IMG/VR virus record: IMGVR_UViG_3300043418_000226
Source: a virus
Taxonomy: Duplodnaviria > Heunggongvirae > Uroviricota > Caudoviricetes
Strand: one strand, 5' to 3'
DNA: 64,000 nt
Each line of letters opens with the position of its first letter. The first letter of the stretch is position 1. Position numbers and translations under genes: made by a program. Below the pieces are notes generated by a model that worked only from the letters and a program-made list of their open reading frames with translations, searched no databases and was not told where the DNA came from. Shown here in pieces: positions 10,230-19,261 of this stretch.

Positions 10230-10861
10230 AAAAATTATTAATGATGTCCGTTATTATACTAATTAGTATAACGTCAAACGGTCAAGATATCGTTGTCTTA
10301 AAACATACGAATTACACTTCAAATTATAGTAAAACAAAATTATATCCAGTGATGGTTGAGTGGTGGATTACTAAAGAAAAAATAGGTTGTCCCACTCCAA
10401 TGAAAAGGAAAGATAACTTTAAACCTGATGTGCAATTGAAGGAATTTACCGATATTGCATCAGATTACGTCAATAGTGGTTTAGATAGAGGACATATGAT
10501 GCCAGCTGCTGAGAATCTTTGTCAAACATCTGAAATTCAAGACGAATGTTTTTATTTTTCTAATATGGCAGCACAATACCATAGTTTAAATGCTGGTGAT
10601 TGGAAATCGTTAGAAACATTGGAAAGACAAATCTCAATGGAAAAAGATTCGGTACACGTATGGTGTGGTAATGTTGGTGAATTAAAAAAAGTTGGAAGAG
10701 TGTCGGTACCTAAAACATGTTGGAAGGTGGTATATATTTCTAAAACAAAAGAATTTATGTCATATATTTTCGAAAATACTCCTGACAAACCGACAGGATT
10801 AAATTCACATAAAGTTGAATTAATTGATATTGAAAAATTAACAGGATTAAAATTTAAATAA
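10226..10861 (+). CDS. secreted DNA/RNA non-specific endonuclease (Serratia NucA/ββα-Me family)
   Basis: signal peptide; DRGHMMPAAE matches the DRGH catalytic motif of Endonuclease_NS. Confidence 0.75.
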   Translation: MKKLLMMSVIILISITSNGQDIVVLKHTNYTSNYSKTKLYPVMVEWWITKEKIGCPTPMKRKDNFKPDVQLKEFTDIASDYVNSGLDRGHMMPAAENLCQTSEIQDECFYFSNMAAQYHSLNAGDWKSLETLERQISMEKDSVHVWCGNVGELKKVGRVSVPKTCWKVVYISKTKEFMSYIFENTPDKPTGLNSHKVELIDIEKLTGLKFK

Positions 10862-11070
10862 TGTTTGCGAGAGACTTTGTAAATTACGAAGATAAATTAT
10901 ACTGGATTTATCGAAAGGTAAGGAAATCGGACGTTAAAGAAGGAATGATTACCGAATTAAAAGATTTTTGGTTTTGTGATATTGTTATAAAAAATAGAAA
11001 CGACCAAGACGAATTTTTATTTTTTATGAGAGAATGTACTGAGGCTGAAATTATTACAGAACCTTCTTGA
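10861..11070 (+). CDS. hypothetical small protein
   Basis: 69-aa ORF with start coupled to the upstream stop (TAATG). Confidence 0.35.
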   Translation: MFARDFVNYEDKLYWIYRKVRKSDVKEGMITELKDFWFCDIVIKNRNDQDEFLFFMRECTEAEIITEPS

Positions 11071-11452
11071 TAAATTTTATACATTCACTTGTATATTTTA
11101 TTTCATTGCGTTTTGCTTGTCTTTCATATGGGTGAGTTGAATATGAATAGGTATTAAAATACTCCCAATATTTCTTCATTGATTGTAAATAGTGGGAGTA
11201 TTCGTGTATTATAGTGGAGACAACATCTTCTAACGTTTTACAATTAATATTATAGAGAACAATTCGATTTTCTTCCGAGTAATAACTACCCATAGTAAAT
11301 TGTTCGGTTTCGTCTTTTCTAAAATAGACCCTAACTGACATCTTTGGTTGACATTTTCTTCGGTTATTTATCCCCATATTTTCCCTACACCACCTCATTG
11401 CCACAATAGCATACCGTCTTTTTAATTCAATATCGACAATTTTTTTAGTCAT
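11054..11452 (-). CDS. hypothetical protein with HExxH (IIHEYSHYLQ) zinc-metallopeptidase-like motif
   Basis: 132-aa ORF; single HExxH motif. Confidence 0.5.
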   Translation of the reverse strand: MTKKIVDIELKRRYAIVAMRWCRENMGINNRRKCQPKMSVRVYFRKDETEQFTMGSYYSEENRIVLYNINCKTLEDVVSTIIHEYSHYLQSMKKYWEYFNTYSYSTHPYERQAKRNEIKYTSECIKFIKKVL

Positions 11453-11804
11453 TATTGTTTTTATCGGTTTTTATCGTTCTAGTTGTTTTTTTAATCGGTT
11501 TGGTAAATTCGTTAATTGCCTCAAAGTTATTGGAAATGTCCTTTAAAATTGCCGCAAATTCGTAATTTTCCGATTCCTCATTTTTTTTCCATAAAACCAC
11601 AATAAAACTAATTAATTCTTCATCAGTTAGATTTACACTAACCCTAATTGAATTTTTCATCAATTTAAAGACCATGTAGATTAAACTTGTTTTTTTTTCC
11701 TGGGGAAGGGTAAAGTAGTTCTCAACGGATACGTTGGATAGAATTGTCTCGGTAACATTTTCTAAAAATGAAATAAAAGACGGATGATTTACGTTTACTT
11801 TCAT
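11445..11804 (-). CDS. hypothetical protein
   Basis: 119-aa ORF overlapping the downstream start by 8 nt. Confidence 0.5.
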   Translation of the reverse strand: MKVNVNHPSFISFLENVTETILSNVSVENYFTLPQEKKTSLIYMVFKLMKNSIRVSVNLTDEELISFIVVLWKKNEESENYEFAAILKDISNNFEAINEFTKPIKKTTRTIKTDKNNND

Positions 11805-11903
11805 GTTCTTTTCGTTTTTAATAAATAGTTTAAGGTACGATATTGAAACAAAAAAAAGGGAATAAATAATCTTTATTCCCCATTTATATAGTTATCCTAT
11901 TGA

Positions 11904-12263
11904 TTATTTAGCCCATTTACCTCTAATAACAATCTGTGCGATAATGTTATATACCGATAAATCTTGATATGTGTCTTCTACTGCTTCACCAACGGTATCA
12001 GGGTTACCTAATAACACCAATTGCTTCAATCTCTGAATCTTATCGTTCATTCTAAACCAAAGTCCTGTCTGAGATAATTTAAGTTCTTCGGGTGTCTCTA
12101 AACGAGTTCCTACGGATATGTTATCCGGTCCGTAGTTCATCTGTTTTCTACAGAAGATTTCATACTGTTCTTTTAGGATTTTTTTAAATTCTCTTGTGGT
12201 TTCAGGATATTTATCCTCACACATTTTAACCGGGTCAATTGATTGGTCTTTATTTTCTGTCAT
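11904..12263 (-). CDS. hypothetical protein (possibly DUF1599-like)
   Basis: 119-aa ORF; GLWFRMNDKIQRL segment; weak. Confidence 0.5.
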   Translation of the reverse strand: MTENKDQSIDPVKMCEDKYPETTREFKKILKEQYEIFCRKQMNYGPDNISVGTRLETPEELKLSQTGLWFRMNDKIQRLKQLVLLGNPDTVGEAVEDTYQDLSVYNIIAQIVIRGKWAK

Positions 12264-12335
12264 AATTTATGTATTTTTTAATAATATAATTAATTTTTTT
12301 TGTATTACAAAATATTTATCTAAAAACATATTAAC

Positions 12336-12584
12336 ATGGCATCAGAAGCATCTAAAGAATTACAGGCACTCGGTGGGGATACTCACTCAGAAATGCCCAA
12401 ACATAAACAACTAATACGTATGTTATCATTTAGAGTTGTACCCGCATACTATAAGGAGATTGAGAAAGTGGCCAATCACCAAAAAGTAACGGTATCTAAA
12501 TTGATAAGAAGTTACATTAAAGAAGGTATGAAAAGAGACAAAGAAATCTCAAACCAAGAGGATCAAGATTTCAGAGTAGATTAA
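12336..12584 (+). CDS. hypothetical small protein
   Basis: 82-aa ORF convergent with the GMP-reductase-like gene. Confidence 0.4.
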   Translation: MASEASKELQALGGDTHSEMPKHKQLIRMLSFRVVPAYYKEIEKVANHQKVTVSKLIRSYIKEGMKRDKEISNQEDQDFRVD

Positions 12585-13628
12585 TTACTTTTGAAACCTA
12601 TTCAATGAATTTTCAGATATGAAATTATAATTAACCTTACCGATAAATTCAGGTAGGGTTTTTTTATTGGTATAACTCATTGCCGATTTAAGATAATGGG
12701 TAAAATTCTCAACCCAACCTTCTAATGTGTATTCTACTTGGTGTCTTCTAACAACTCCCTCAGATGTGGTTAATTCTTCTTTTCCCCATGACTTTTGAAC
12801 TTCTTTGGTACTCATACCTCTAAAGTTTTTATACAACGGTATATCGACTTTAAATGATTCTTTAGCTACGTCTGAATATTGGTTGATGATTTCACCGTTT
12901 TCTTTGGTTGTTTGACCAGCACTTTCTAATGCTTTGTTCAAAATTGAACCTAACATAACGTAATCCGCACCCAAAGCTAATGCTTTGATAACATCCGAAT
13001 ATTTTTTAAATCCACCATCGGCAACTATTTTAGTATCAAACCTTCCAACTTTATTACACTCCTCAATTAAAGAACCCATGGGATAACCAATACCGGTATT
13101 TTGTGTTGTTAAACAACCACCACCATTTCCGATTCCGATTCTAACGTAGTCTACATTTATACTACAAAAAAGTTCAAACGTTTCTGGATTGGCAACGTTA
13201 CCTACCATTAAAACTAATCGTTCCCCATAAATTCGTTTTGCCTCTTTCGAGGCATCATATAGTTCACCCATATGTCCATTGGCCACATCAATTAATGCGA
13301 ACATTTGTTCATTTTCAGATATTTTAGGTCTCGATTCAATGAATATTTTTTTAAAATCAATTAAACTATAGGACAGGAATAAATTGGTATCGACGTAATC
13401 ATAATCGGGATTTTTTATCCTTGGTAAGATGGGTGTTATCCCCACCTTATTAAAATGAATAAAGTTATTTTCATTTATAACGGTATCCATTGGTGCGGTC
13501 ATCAACGGTAATTTTTCACCAATATAATAAGGATTAATCTCACTTCTTGAACTGATATTAGTAATTATTTCAGGTTGAATAAGGATATCATCGAAGTCGA
13601 ACAGATTTTTTGGGTTTCTTTTAGTCAT
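12585..13628 (-). CDS. GMP reductase / IMP dehydrogenase family enzyme
   Basis: GIGNGGGCLTTQNTGIGYPMGS resembles the GIGPGSICTT active-site loop; IDVANGH and VGNVANPE barrel motifs. Confidence 0.75.
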   Translation of the reverse strand: MTKRNPKNLFDFDDILIQPEIITNISSRSEINPYYIGEKLPLMTAPMDTVINENNFIHFNKVGITPILPRIKNPDYDYVDTNLFLSYSLIDFKKIFIESRPKISENEQMFALIDVANGHMGELYDASKEAKRIYGERLVLMVGNVANPETFELFCSINVDYVRIGIGNGGGCLTTQNTGIGYPMGSLIEECNKVGRFDTKIVADGGFKKYSDVIKALALGADYVMLGSILNKALESAGQTTKENGEIINQYSDVAKESFKVDIPLYKNFRGMSTKEVQKSWGKEELTTSEGVVRRHQVEYTLEGWVENFTHYLKSAMSYTNKKTLPEFIGKVNYNFISENSLNRFQK

Positions 13629-13706
13629 AAGTTTTAATTTTACTCATCAAAGATATATAATAAATTTTAATAAACCAAATCTAAGATAGTATGTATTTAT
13701 ATTAGT

Positions 13707-14036
13707 ATGGAAAGTAACATTATCTCCGAAAATCTAATCAAAAAAGAATTAGAAAAAATATTAATCGAACAGGCGTCAAAGGTGTCTAGACAAGATTTTA
13801 GTCGAGTTCAATTTAAAATTGACGAATTACAAAATTCTTTAAATGAAACAGTAAAAGAATTGAGGAAATTAAATGAATCGATTCCTGGTGGTCTTAAAAC
13901 TGTTACTAATGGTAGAATTAATGGAATATCCCTATCTTTATCAAATGCACAAAAATTGGTGACTCAATTAAAAGATAAAGTAAAACAATATAAAAAATCT
14001 ATCTATAGTCAACAAATAGAAGAAAAGAAAAAGTAG
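13707..14036 (+). CDS. hypothetical coiled-coil protein with N-terminal leader-like MESNIISENLIKKELEKILIEQ
   Basis: 109-aa ORF ending in TAG; leader motif variant. Confidence 0.55.
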   Translation: MESNIISENLIKKELEKILIEQASKVSRQDFSRVQFKIDELQNSLNETVKELRKLNESIPGGLKTVTNGRINGISLSLSNAQKLVTQLKDKVKQYKKSIYSQQIEEKKK

Positions 14037-14390
14037 TTATTGTTTCTTCATGTTTAACAACATTTCTTTTCCCTCATCTGTTAAAAAAAACGTTTCTTCC
14101 GTGTCGTCATCCTCATAAGAGTTTAAAAGTCCCTTTTCTTTTAAATCCCCTAATATCGTACCTGCAATGATTTTATTTAATACTGTGGTAAATTCTTCCT
14201 CAGTAAAAAGTTCATCATGTTCCATATCTAAGTCACCTTTAATGAATTTCGACGTTAATTCATCTAAAATAAATTTTCTTGCCGTTTCAGTATTACTTAA
14301 TTCGTAATCGATAAAAAAATTACTATCAACTAAAATTTCAATTATTTCGTCAGTTCTTTTAACAACTATAGGTTGGTATATTTTTTCCAT
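14037..14390 (-). CDS. hypothetical acidic protein
   Basis: 117-aa ORF, TAA stop. Confidence 0.55.
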   Translation of the reverse strand: MEKIYQPIVVKRTDEIIEILVDSNFFIDYELSNTETARKFILDELTSKFIKGDLDMEHDELFTEEEFTTVLNKIIAGTILGDLKEKGLLNSYEDDDTEETFFLTDEGKEMLLNMKKQ

Positions 14391-14503
14391 TTTTTAATTT
14401 AATAATATTTTTGGTAAAGATACGATGTTTTTTTAATTAAAAAAATAAATTGTTGAAAATGTCACTAAAAATAACTATATTGTACCATATAATTAATATA
14501 AAA

Positions 14504-15754
14504 ATGGGTAATAAGAAAATTTTCGTACAAATCGCGTCCTATAGAGATCCGCAATTAATTCCAACAATAAAAGATTGTATTAAAAATGCAAAATATCCTG
14601 AGAATTTGGTTTTCTCAATTGCATGGCAACATTCGGAAGAAGATATTTGGGATAATCTTGATGAATTTAAAAACGATGAACGTTTTAGAATTGTGGACAT
14701 TAACTATAAAGACTCTAAAGGGGCATGTTGGGCAAGAAATCAATTACAACAACAATATAAAGACGAAGAATATACACTTCAATTAGATTCCCATCATCGT
14801 TTTATTGAAAATTGGGATGAGGAATGTATTCAAATGTATAGTGGGTTACAAGAAAAGGGACATAAAAAACCACTATTAACGGGTTATATGTCTTCATTTG
14901 ATCCTGAAAATGATCCGGCAGGTAGAACGTTACAACCATGGAAAATGAACTTCGATAGATTCATTCCTGAAGGTGCAATATTCTTCTTACCCGCAACTAT
15001 TGATGACTACCAAAAAAGAACTGAACCAATTCCCGCAAGATTTTATTCGGCACATTTCTGTTTCACATCTGGACAATTTACCGTTGAGGTTCCACATGAC
15101 CCCGAATATTATTTCCATGGGGAAGAGATTTCAATTGCGGTTAGAGCATATACCCATGGTTATGATTTATTTCATCCACATAAAGTAATTGTTTGGCACG
15201 AATATACCAGAAAGGGTAGAAAAAAACAATGGGATGACGACGATAAATGGGTCACTAAGAACGTTGAGTGTCACAAACGTAATAGAAAATTATTTGAAAT
15301 GGATGGTGAAGTGAAAGACATCGACTTTGGTGTTTACGATTTTGGAAACGAAAGGACATTGGAGGATTATGAGAGATATGCAGGGATTTCATTTAAAAAG
15401 AGGGCCGTTCAAAAATATACAATAGATAACAATTTAGCACCAAATCCACCATTGTATGGTGACGAATTAGATGGGTCATTTTTAAAGATTTTCAAACATT
15501 GTATTGACATTGGGTACGATAAAATACCTGAGAATGATTATGAGTTTTTTGTGGTGGCGTTTCACGATGAGAATGACGAAACGTTATATAGACTTGATGC
15601 GGACGTAAATGAGGTGAATAGAATTAAAAATGACCCCGATGGTTACGGTAAAATTTGGAGAGAATTTACCGTGGAAAAAACACCTAAGTATTGGGTTGTT
15701 TGGCCATTTAGTACATCTAAGGGATGGGGAGATAGAATAACAGGTAATTTGTAA
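14504..15754 (+). CDS. glycosyltransferase, GlcNAc-transferase-like (GT-A fold)
   Basis: IFVQIASYRDPQLIPTIKDC N-terminal signature typical of the GlcNAc-transferase family; start moved to the internal MGNKK at 14504. Confidence 0.6.
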   Translation: MGNKKIFVQIASYRDPQLIPTIKDCIKNAKYPENLVFSIAWQHSEEDIWDNLDEFKNDERFRIVDINYKDSKGACWARNQLQQQYKDEEYTLQLDSHHRFIENWDEECIQMYSGLQEKGHKKPLLTGYMSSFDPENDPAGRTLQPWKMNFDRFIPEGAIFFLPATIDDYQKRTEPIPARFYSAHFCFTSGQFTVEVPHDPEYYFHGEEISIAVRAYTHGYDLFHPHKVIVWHEYTRKGRKKQWDDDDKWVTKNVECHKRNRKLFEMDGEVKDIDFGVYDFGNERTLEDYERYAGISFKKRAVQKYTIDNNLAPNPPLYGDELDGSFLKIFKHCIDIGYDKIPENDYEFFVVAFHDENDETLYRLDADVNEVNRIKNDPDGYGKIWREFTVEKTPKYWVVWPFSTSKGWGDRITGNL

Positions 15755-15772
15755 ATAAAGTATATATTATTA

Positions 15773-16540
15773 ATGAAAATATGTTTTGCAACAGAAGTAA
15801 CATATCCAAATTATGTTAATAGAATAAAAACGACTTCATTGGGGTCGTTTTTAAGTAAGGGGTTAGATAAAGCAGGTGTAAGTTATTACATATCAACTAA
15901 CCTACCAAATAATTTAAGTGAGTATAAGGATAACGATTCAATTAAGGTTTTTGATATTGAGGATTTAAGAAAAGACAAACCGATGTCAATCAAACACGAA
16001 TTATTACCTGAAGACCCGACTGGAATTTATCCATCGAAGTATCCGTGGAATTTAAGGAGATTTATTATTGAGAAGGCAGCAATGGACGGATTCGACTTTA
16101 TAATTTACGTAGATGCAGATAATACAATTAATTTAAATGTTAATCTTGAGGACATATTAACCTCATTTAAGTCTAATTACGAACCAAATACCGTACAAAC
16201 CAATTCGGCCGTTTTTAAGTACAGTAACGGAACTCCTCATGATGTTTTTCAATATCACGATGAATATAAAAAACTTTTTAATTTTAAATTTGATGTTGAT
16301 GACTATGACACGTTGGATGGACCTGTTCAAGTATTCATAGGTGAAACTAATGAGTCAATTTTAAAGTTTACTTCTAATTGGCATAAGTTTGCCGAATTTG
16401 GATACGAGAAAGAATTTGGATTTGGTTACGATAACAATAAACATGGTAATTTATCATTTGTGATACCTTTATCGGGGTTTAAATTAAAATGGAGGTCATA
16501 CCCATTTTTCCAAGACCATAGACCTGAAGATAGATATTAA
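15773..16540 (+). CDS. hypothetical protein in glycosylation cluster
   Basis: 255-aa ORF co-oriented and tightly spaced with the glycosyltransferase and methyltransferase genes. Confidence 0.55.
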   Translation: MKICFATEVTYPNYVNRIKTTSLGSFLSKGLDKAGVSYYISTNLPNNLSEYKDNDSIKVFDIEDLRKDKPMSIKHELLPEDPTGIYPSKYPWNLRRFIIEKAAMDGFDFIIYVDADNTINLNVNLEDILTSFKSNYEPNTVQTNSAVFKYSNGTPHDVFQYHDEYKKLFNFKFDVDDYDTLDGPVQVFIGETNESILKFTSNWHKFAEFGYEKEFGFGYDNNKHGNLSFVIPLSGFKLKWRSYPFFQDHRPEDRY

Positions 16541-16542
16541 TT

Positions 16543-17100
16543 ATGGAAAATAATATTGAACATTACTTTATAAAACATCTAACGGATAAGTTTGAAAGTA
16601 AGTATCATGAAGTTTACAATACCGTACTAGGACCGATAAGAAATGATGAAATAACATTGTTAGAAATTGGATTAGGAACGATAACTCATGGGCCTTCAAA
16701 TATGATTAGTTGGAAAGAACAATATATCGATTATAAACCAGGAGCATCATTAAGAGCATTTAAAGACTATTTTCAAAAAGGATTAATTTATGGTATGGAC
16801 ATTCAACATGATTGTATGTTTAATGAAGATAGGATTGACACCTTTCTATGTGATTCGAGAGAAAAAAAACAATGTGACGATAAGTTAAACGAAATGAAAT
16901 TTGACGTTATAATCGACGATGGTGATCACTCATCTGAAGGTCAGATAAAAACGTTTCTAAATTTATTTGGGAGAGTTAAAAGTGGTGGTTATTATTTTAT
17001 TGAAGATGTGGCATTTTTAGAGGACATTAAGTCATATTTTGAATCCACAACATACGATTATGAATTCCATAACAGATTATTAGTAATAAAAAAAATATAA
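16543..17100 (+). CDS. class I SAM-dependent methyltransferase
   Basis: motif I LLEIGLGT and DVIIDDGDH. Confidence 0.65.
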   Translation: MENNIEHYFIKHLTDKFESKYHEVYNTVLGPIRNDEITLLEIGLGTITHGPSNMISWKEQYIDYKPGASLRAFKDYFQKGLIYGMDIQHDCMFNEDRIDTFLCDSREKKQCDDKLNEMKFDVIIDDGDHSSEGQIKTFLNLFGRVKSGGYYFIEDVAFLEDIKSYFESTTYDYEFHNRLLVIKKI

Positions 17101-17750
17101 TGATATCATTAAAAAAAATACTACGCCACATAAATGATAAGGAGGGATTTACCTTTGTTTCGGTAGGTGCAAATGATGGAATATTTGTTGACGAGGTTTT
17201 CCAATCTAATTTATTAAATGTTAATTGGAAATGTTTTTTTATTGAACCAGTCAAAGAAACATTTGATAGATTGATAAAAAATTACGATGAACATTACCCG
17301 AATAATTGTTTTGTTTTTGAGAACTATGCGATACATACTGAAGACGGAGAAGGTTATTTAGTTACTAATAAAATTGATGATTCAAGGGGAATGTGTTCAT
17401 TTTTTAGAGAAGAAAGTGCTGAAACTGAAAAATTCAAAGTCACAAAAAAAACATTTAAAAGTTTTGTTTTAAAAAATAATATCGATAAAATTGATTTCTT
17501 AAAAATTGATTGTGAAGGTATGGATAATGAAATAATATTACAATGTTTTGAATGTGGAATAATGCCGGATTTAATTTTATTTGAGGATATTTCATTAGAC
17601 ATTAGTGAATCGAAAATTAGGGACATACATTATTTAATTAAAGAATTAAATAAAAGAGACGATTACGTGTTAATGGAGGACATTCCTGAATATCAATACG
17701 AAGAATCGAATAAATTAATCATTAAAAAAGAACTCTTAAAATATGTTTAG
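17100..17750 (+). CDS. FkbM-family methyltransferase
   Basis: FVSVGANDGIF matches the FkbM VGANxG signature; ends in TAG, overlapping the next start (ATGTTTAG). Confidence 0.7.
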   Translation: MISLKKILRHINDKEGFTFVSVGANDGIFVDEVFQSNLLNVNWKCFFIEPVKETFDRLIKNYDEHYPNNCFVFENYAIHTEDGEGYLVTNKIDDSRGMCSFFREESAETEKFKVTKKTFKSFVLKNNIDKIDFLKIDCEGMDNEIILQCFECGIMPDLILFEDISLDISESKIRDIHYLIKELNKRDDYVLMEDIPEYQYEESNKLIIKKELLKYV

Positions 17751-19260
17751 TATACTTGGTAATGTTTTTGCCGACAAGGGATTTTATATAAATCTACCGT
17801 CATCTACGGATAGGAAAGAAAATATTGAGAAGTTAATTAGTCAATTTAATATCGAAGGCTTAAGTAGGTTCGATGCGTTAACTGACGAAATGATTCAATA
17901 TTCATGCACCAAAAGTCATTTAGGTATTTTTGAAGAATCGTCTAAGAATGGTTTAGAAGTTATTTTTGTGGCCGAAGATGATATCGATATAAATGAAATA
18001 TGTTACGCACCATATAGTAAAGAAGACATAACGTTTAAAGATGTAATATCAAAAATTCACGAAGATTTAAAAAACGTGGAGTGGGACGTGTTATTATTTG
18101 GTTGTAATCCAAAAACTCATTTAATACCTGTAACAGATAACTTAGCAATTAATCATCAAAGTACAGGTGCGTGGGGTTATATTATTAAAAAAAGAGCGTA
18201 CGAATATATTCTACAAAATTTAAACTATAAAAAAGATTTAATTGCAATTGATGATTTTTTACCGTTATTAAATAGTAAAGGATTTGTTACGTTATGTACG
18301 ATACCGTTAGTTATAAATCATGCGATAGGGTTCGAATCTACATTACAACCTAGAGGTCCGGTTAACTACGATGCTTGGATTATTGGGAATTACCATAAAT
18401 TTCTTTATGACCATTATCAGGATAATTTTACCGAAAGGAGAGTTGAGAAAGAAGTTACGGTTGTAATTGCCGGTCATTTCGTTGAAAACTACATGTTTCA
18501 TTTAAATTACTTACTTCATAGTTTACCTCACGATTTGAAAAAATGTAAATTTTTAATTCATTACGATGAAAACCCTGAGTTTGACACAAACACTGAGAAA
18601 TTTAAACTAAATGCATATTTTAGAGATGTTAGAAGTGATTTGAACGTTACCATATCATATGGATTCGGTGGGTTAATTTCAACCATCGAAACAACAATGA
18701 ACGAGGTTAAAACTCCATACTTTATATTTTTAGAACATGATTGGGTTTTTTTAGAAAAGGATAATATCAAATTTATAAATTTGATTGAGGCATTTAACAA
18801 TCATAATTTTATAAATGCGGTGTGGTTCGCTAAGGACGATAATACGATGAGAGGGTTTGAAATTGCTCGTGACATCGATGACGTAACTACCCCTTTTGAA
18901 AGGGAAATAAGGGTAAATGAAGTGGATTTAGTGACAACTTGTAGATGGTCAAATAATCCGGTAATGTTTAGGTTAACAAAAATGAAAGAGTGGTTCTATG
19001 AAATCATCAAAAATGAACATGTTGGAAAAACACATCAAGGTCAATTTAATGTTGAGGAGACAATAATACCTTATTACAGAACAGAAATAAGTGAAAATAA
19101 ATGGGAATCCATTAGAGATAATTGGGGGACCTTTCTATATGGTGATTTAAATGAGGGACCCTATGTCGGTCACACTGATGCATCAAGAAGATATCAAGGT
19201 ATTGCGAAATCAATGCCAGAAATAAATGGAGAAAATTACATCAAAAACAATCCAATATAA
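17743..19260 (+). CDS. multidomain glycosyltransferase (GT25-like N-terminus)
   Basis: N-terminal YINLPSSTDRKENIEKL resembles the GT25 LPS-glycosyltransferase start; 505 aa. Confidence 0.6.
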   Translation: MFSILGNVFADKGFYINLPSSTDRKENIEKLISQFNIEGLSRFDALTDEMIQYSCTKSHLGIFEESSKNGLEVIFVAEDDIDINEICYAPYSKEDITFKDVISKIHEDLKNVEWDVLLFGCNPKTHLIPVTDNLAINHQSTGAWGYIIKKRAYEYILQNLNYKKDLIAIDDFLPLLNSKGFVTLCTIPLVINHAIGFESTLQPRGPVNYDAWIIGNYHKFLYDHYQDNFTERRVEKEVTVVIAGHFVENYMFHLNYLLHSLPHDLKKCKFLIHYDENPEFDTNTEKFKLNAYFRDVRSDLNVTISYGFGGLISTIETTMNEVKTPYFIFLEHDWVFLEKDNIKFINLIEAFNNHNFINAVWFAKDDNTMRGFEIARDIDDVTTPFEREIRVNEVDLVTTCRWSNNPVMFRLTKMKEWFYEIIKNEHVGKTHQGQFNVEETIIPYYRTEISENKWESIRDNWGTFLYGDLNEGPYVGHTDASRRYQGIAKSMPEINGENYIKNNPI

Positions 19261-19261
19261 A

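Noticed and set aside
10552-10788. 78-aa minus ORF
   Set aside because: Antisense within the secreted nuclease gene.
12196-12414. 72-aa + ORF
   Set aside because: Overlaps the start of minus gene 11904..12263 and the promoter region; hydrophobic junk.
14586-15188. + ORFs 14586..14786 and 14973..15188
   Set aside because: Alternative frames inside the glycosyltransferase gene.
17027-17626. minus ORFs 17027..17254 and 17354..17626
   Set aside because: Antisense inside the methyltransferase genes.
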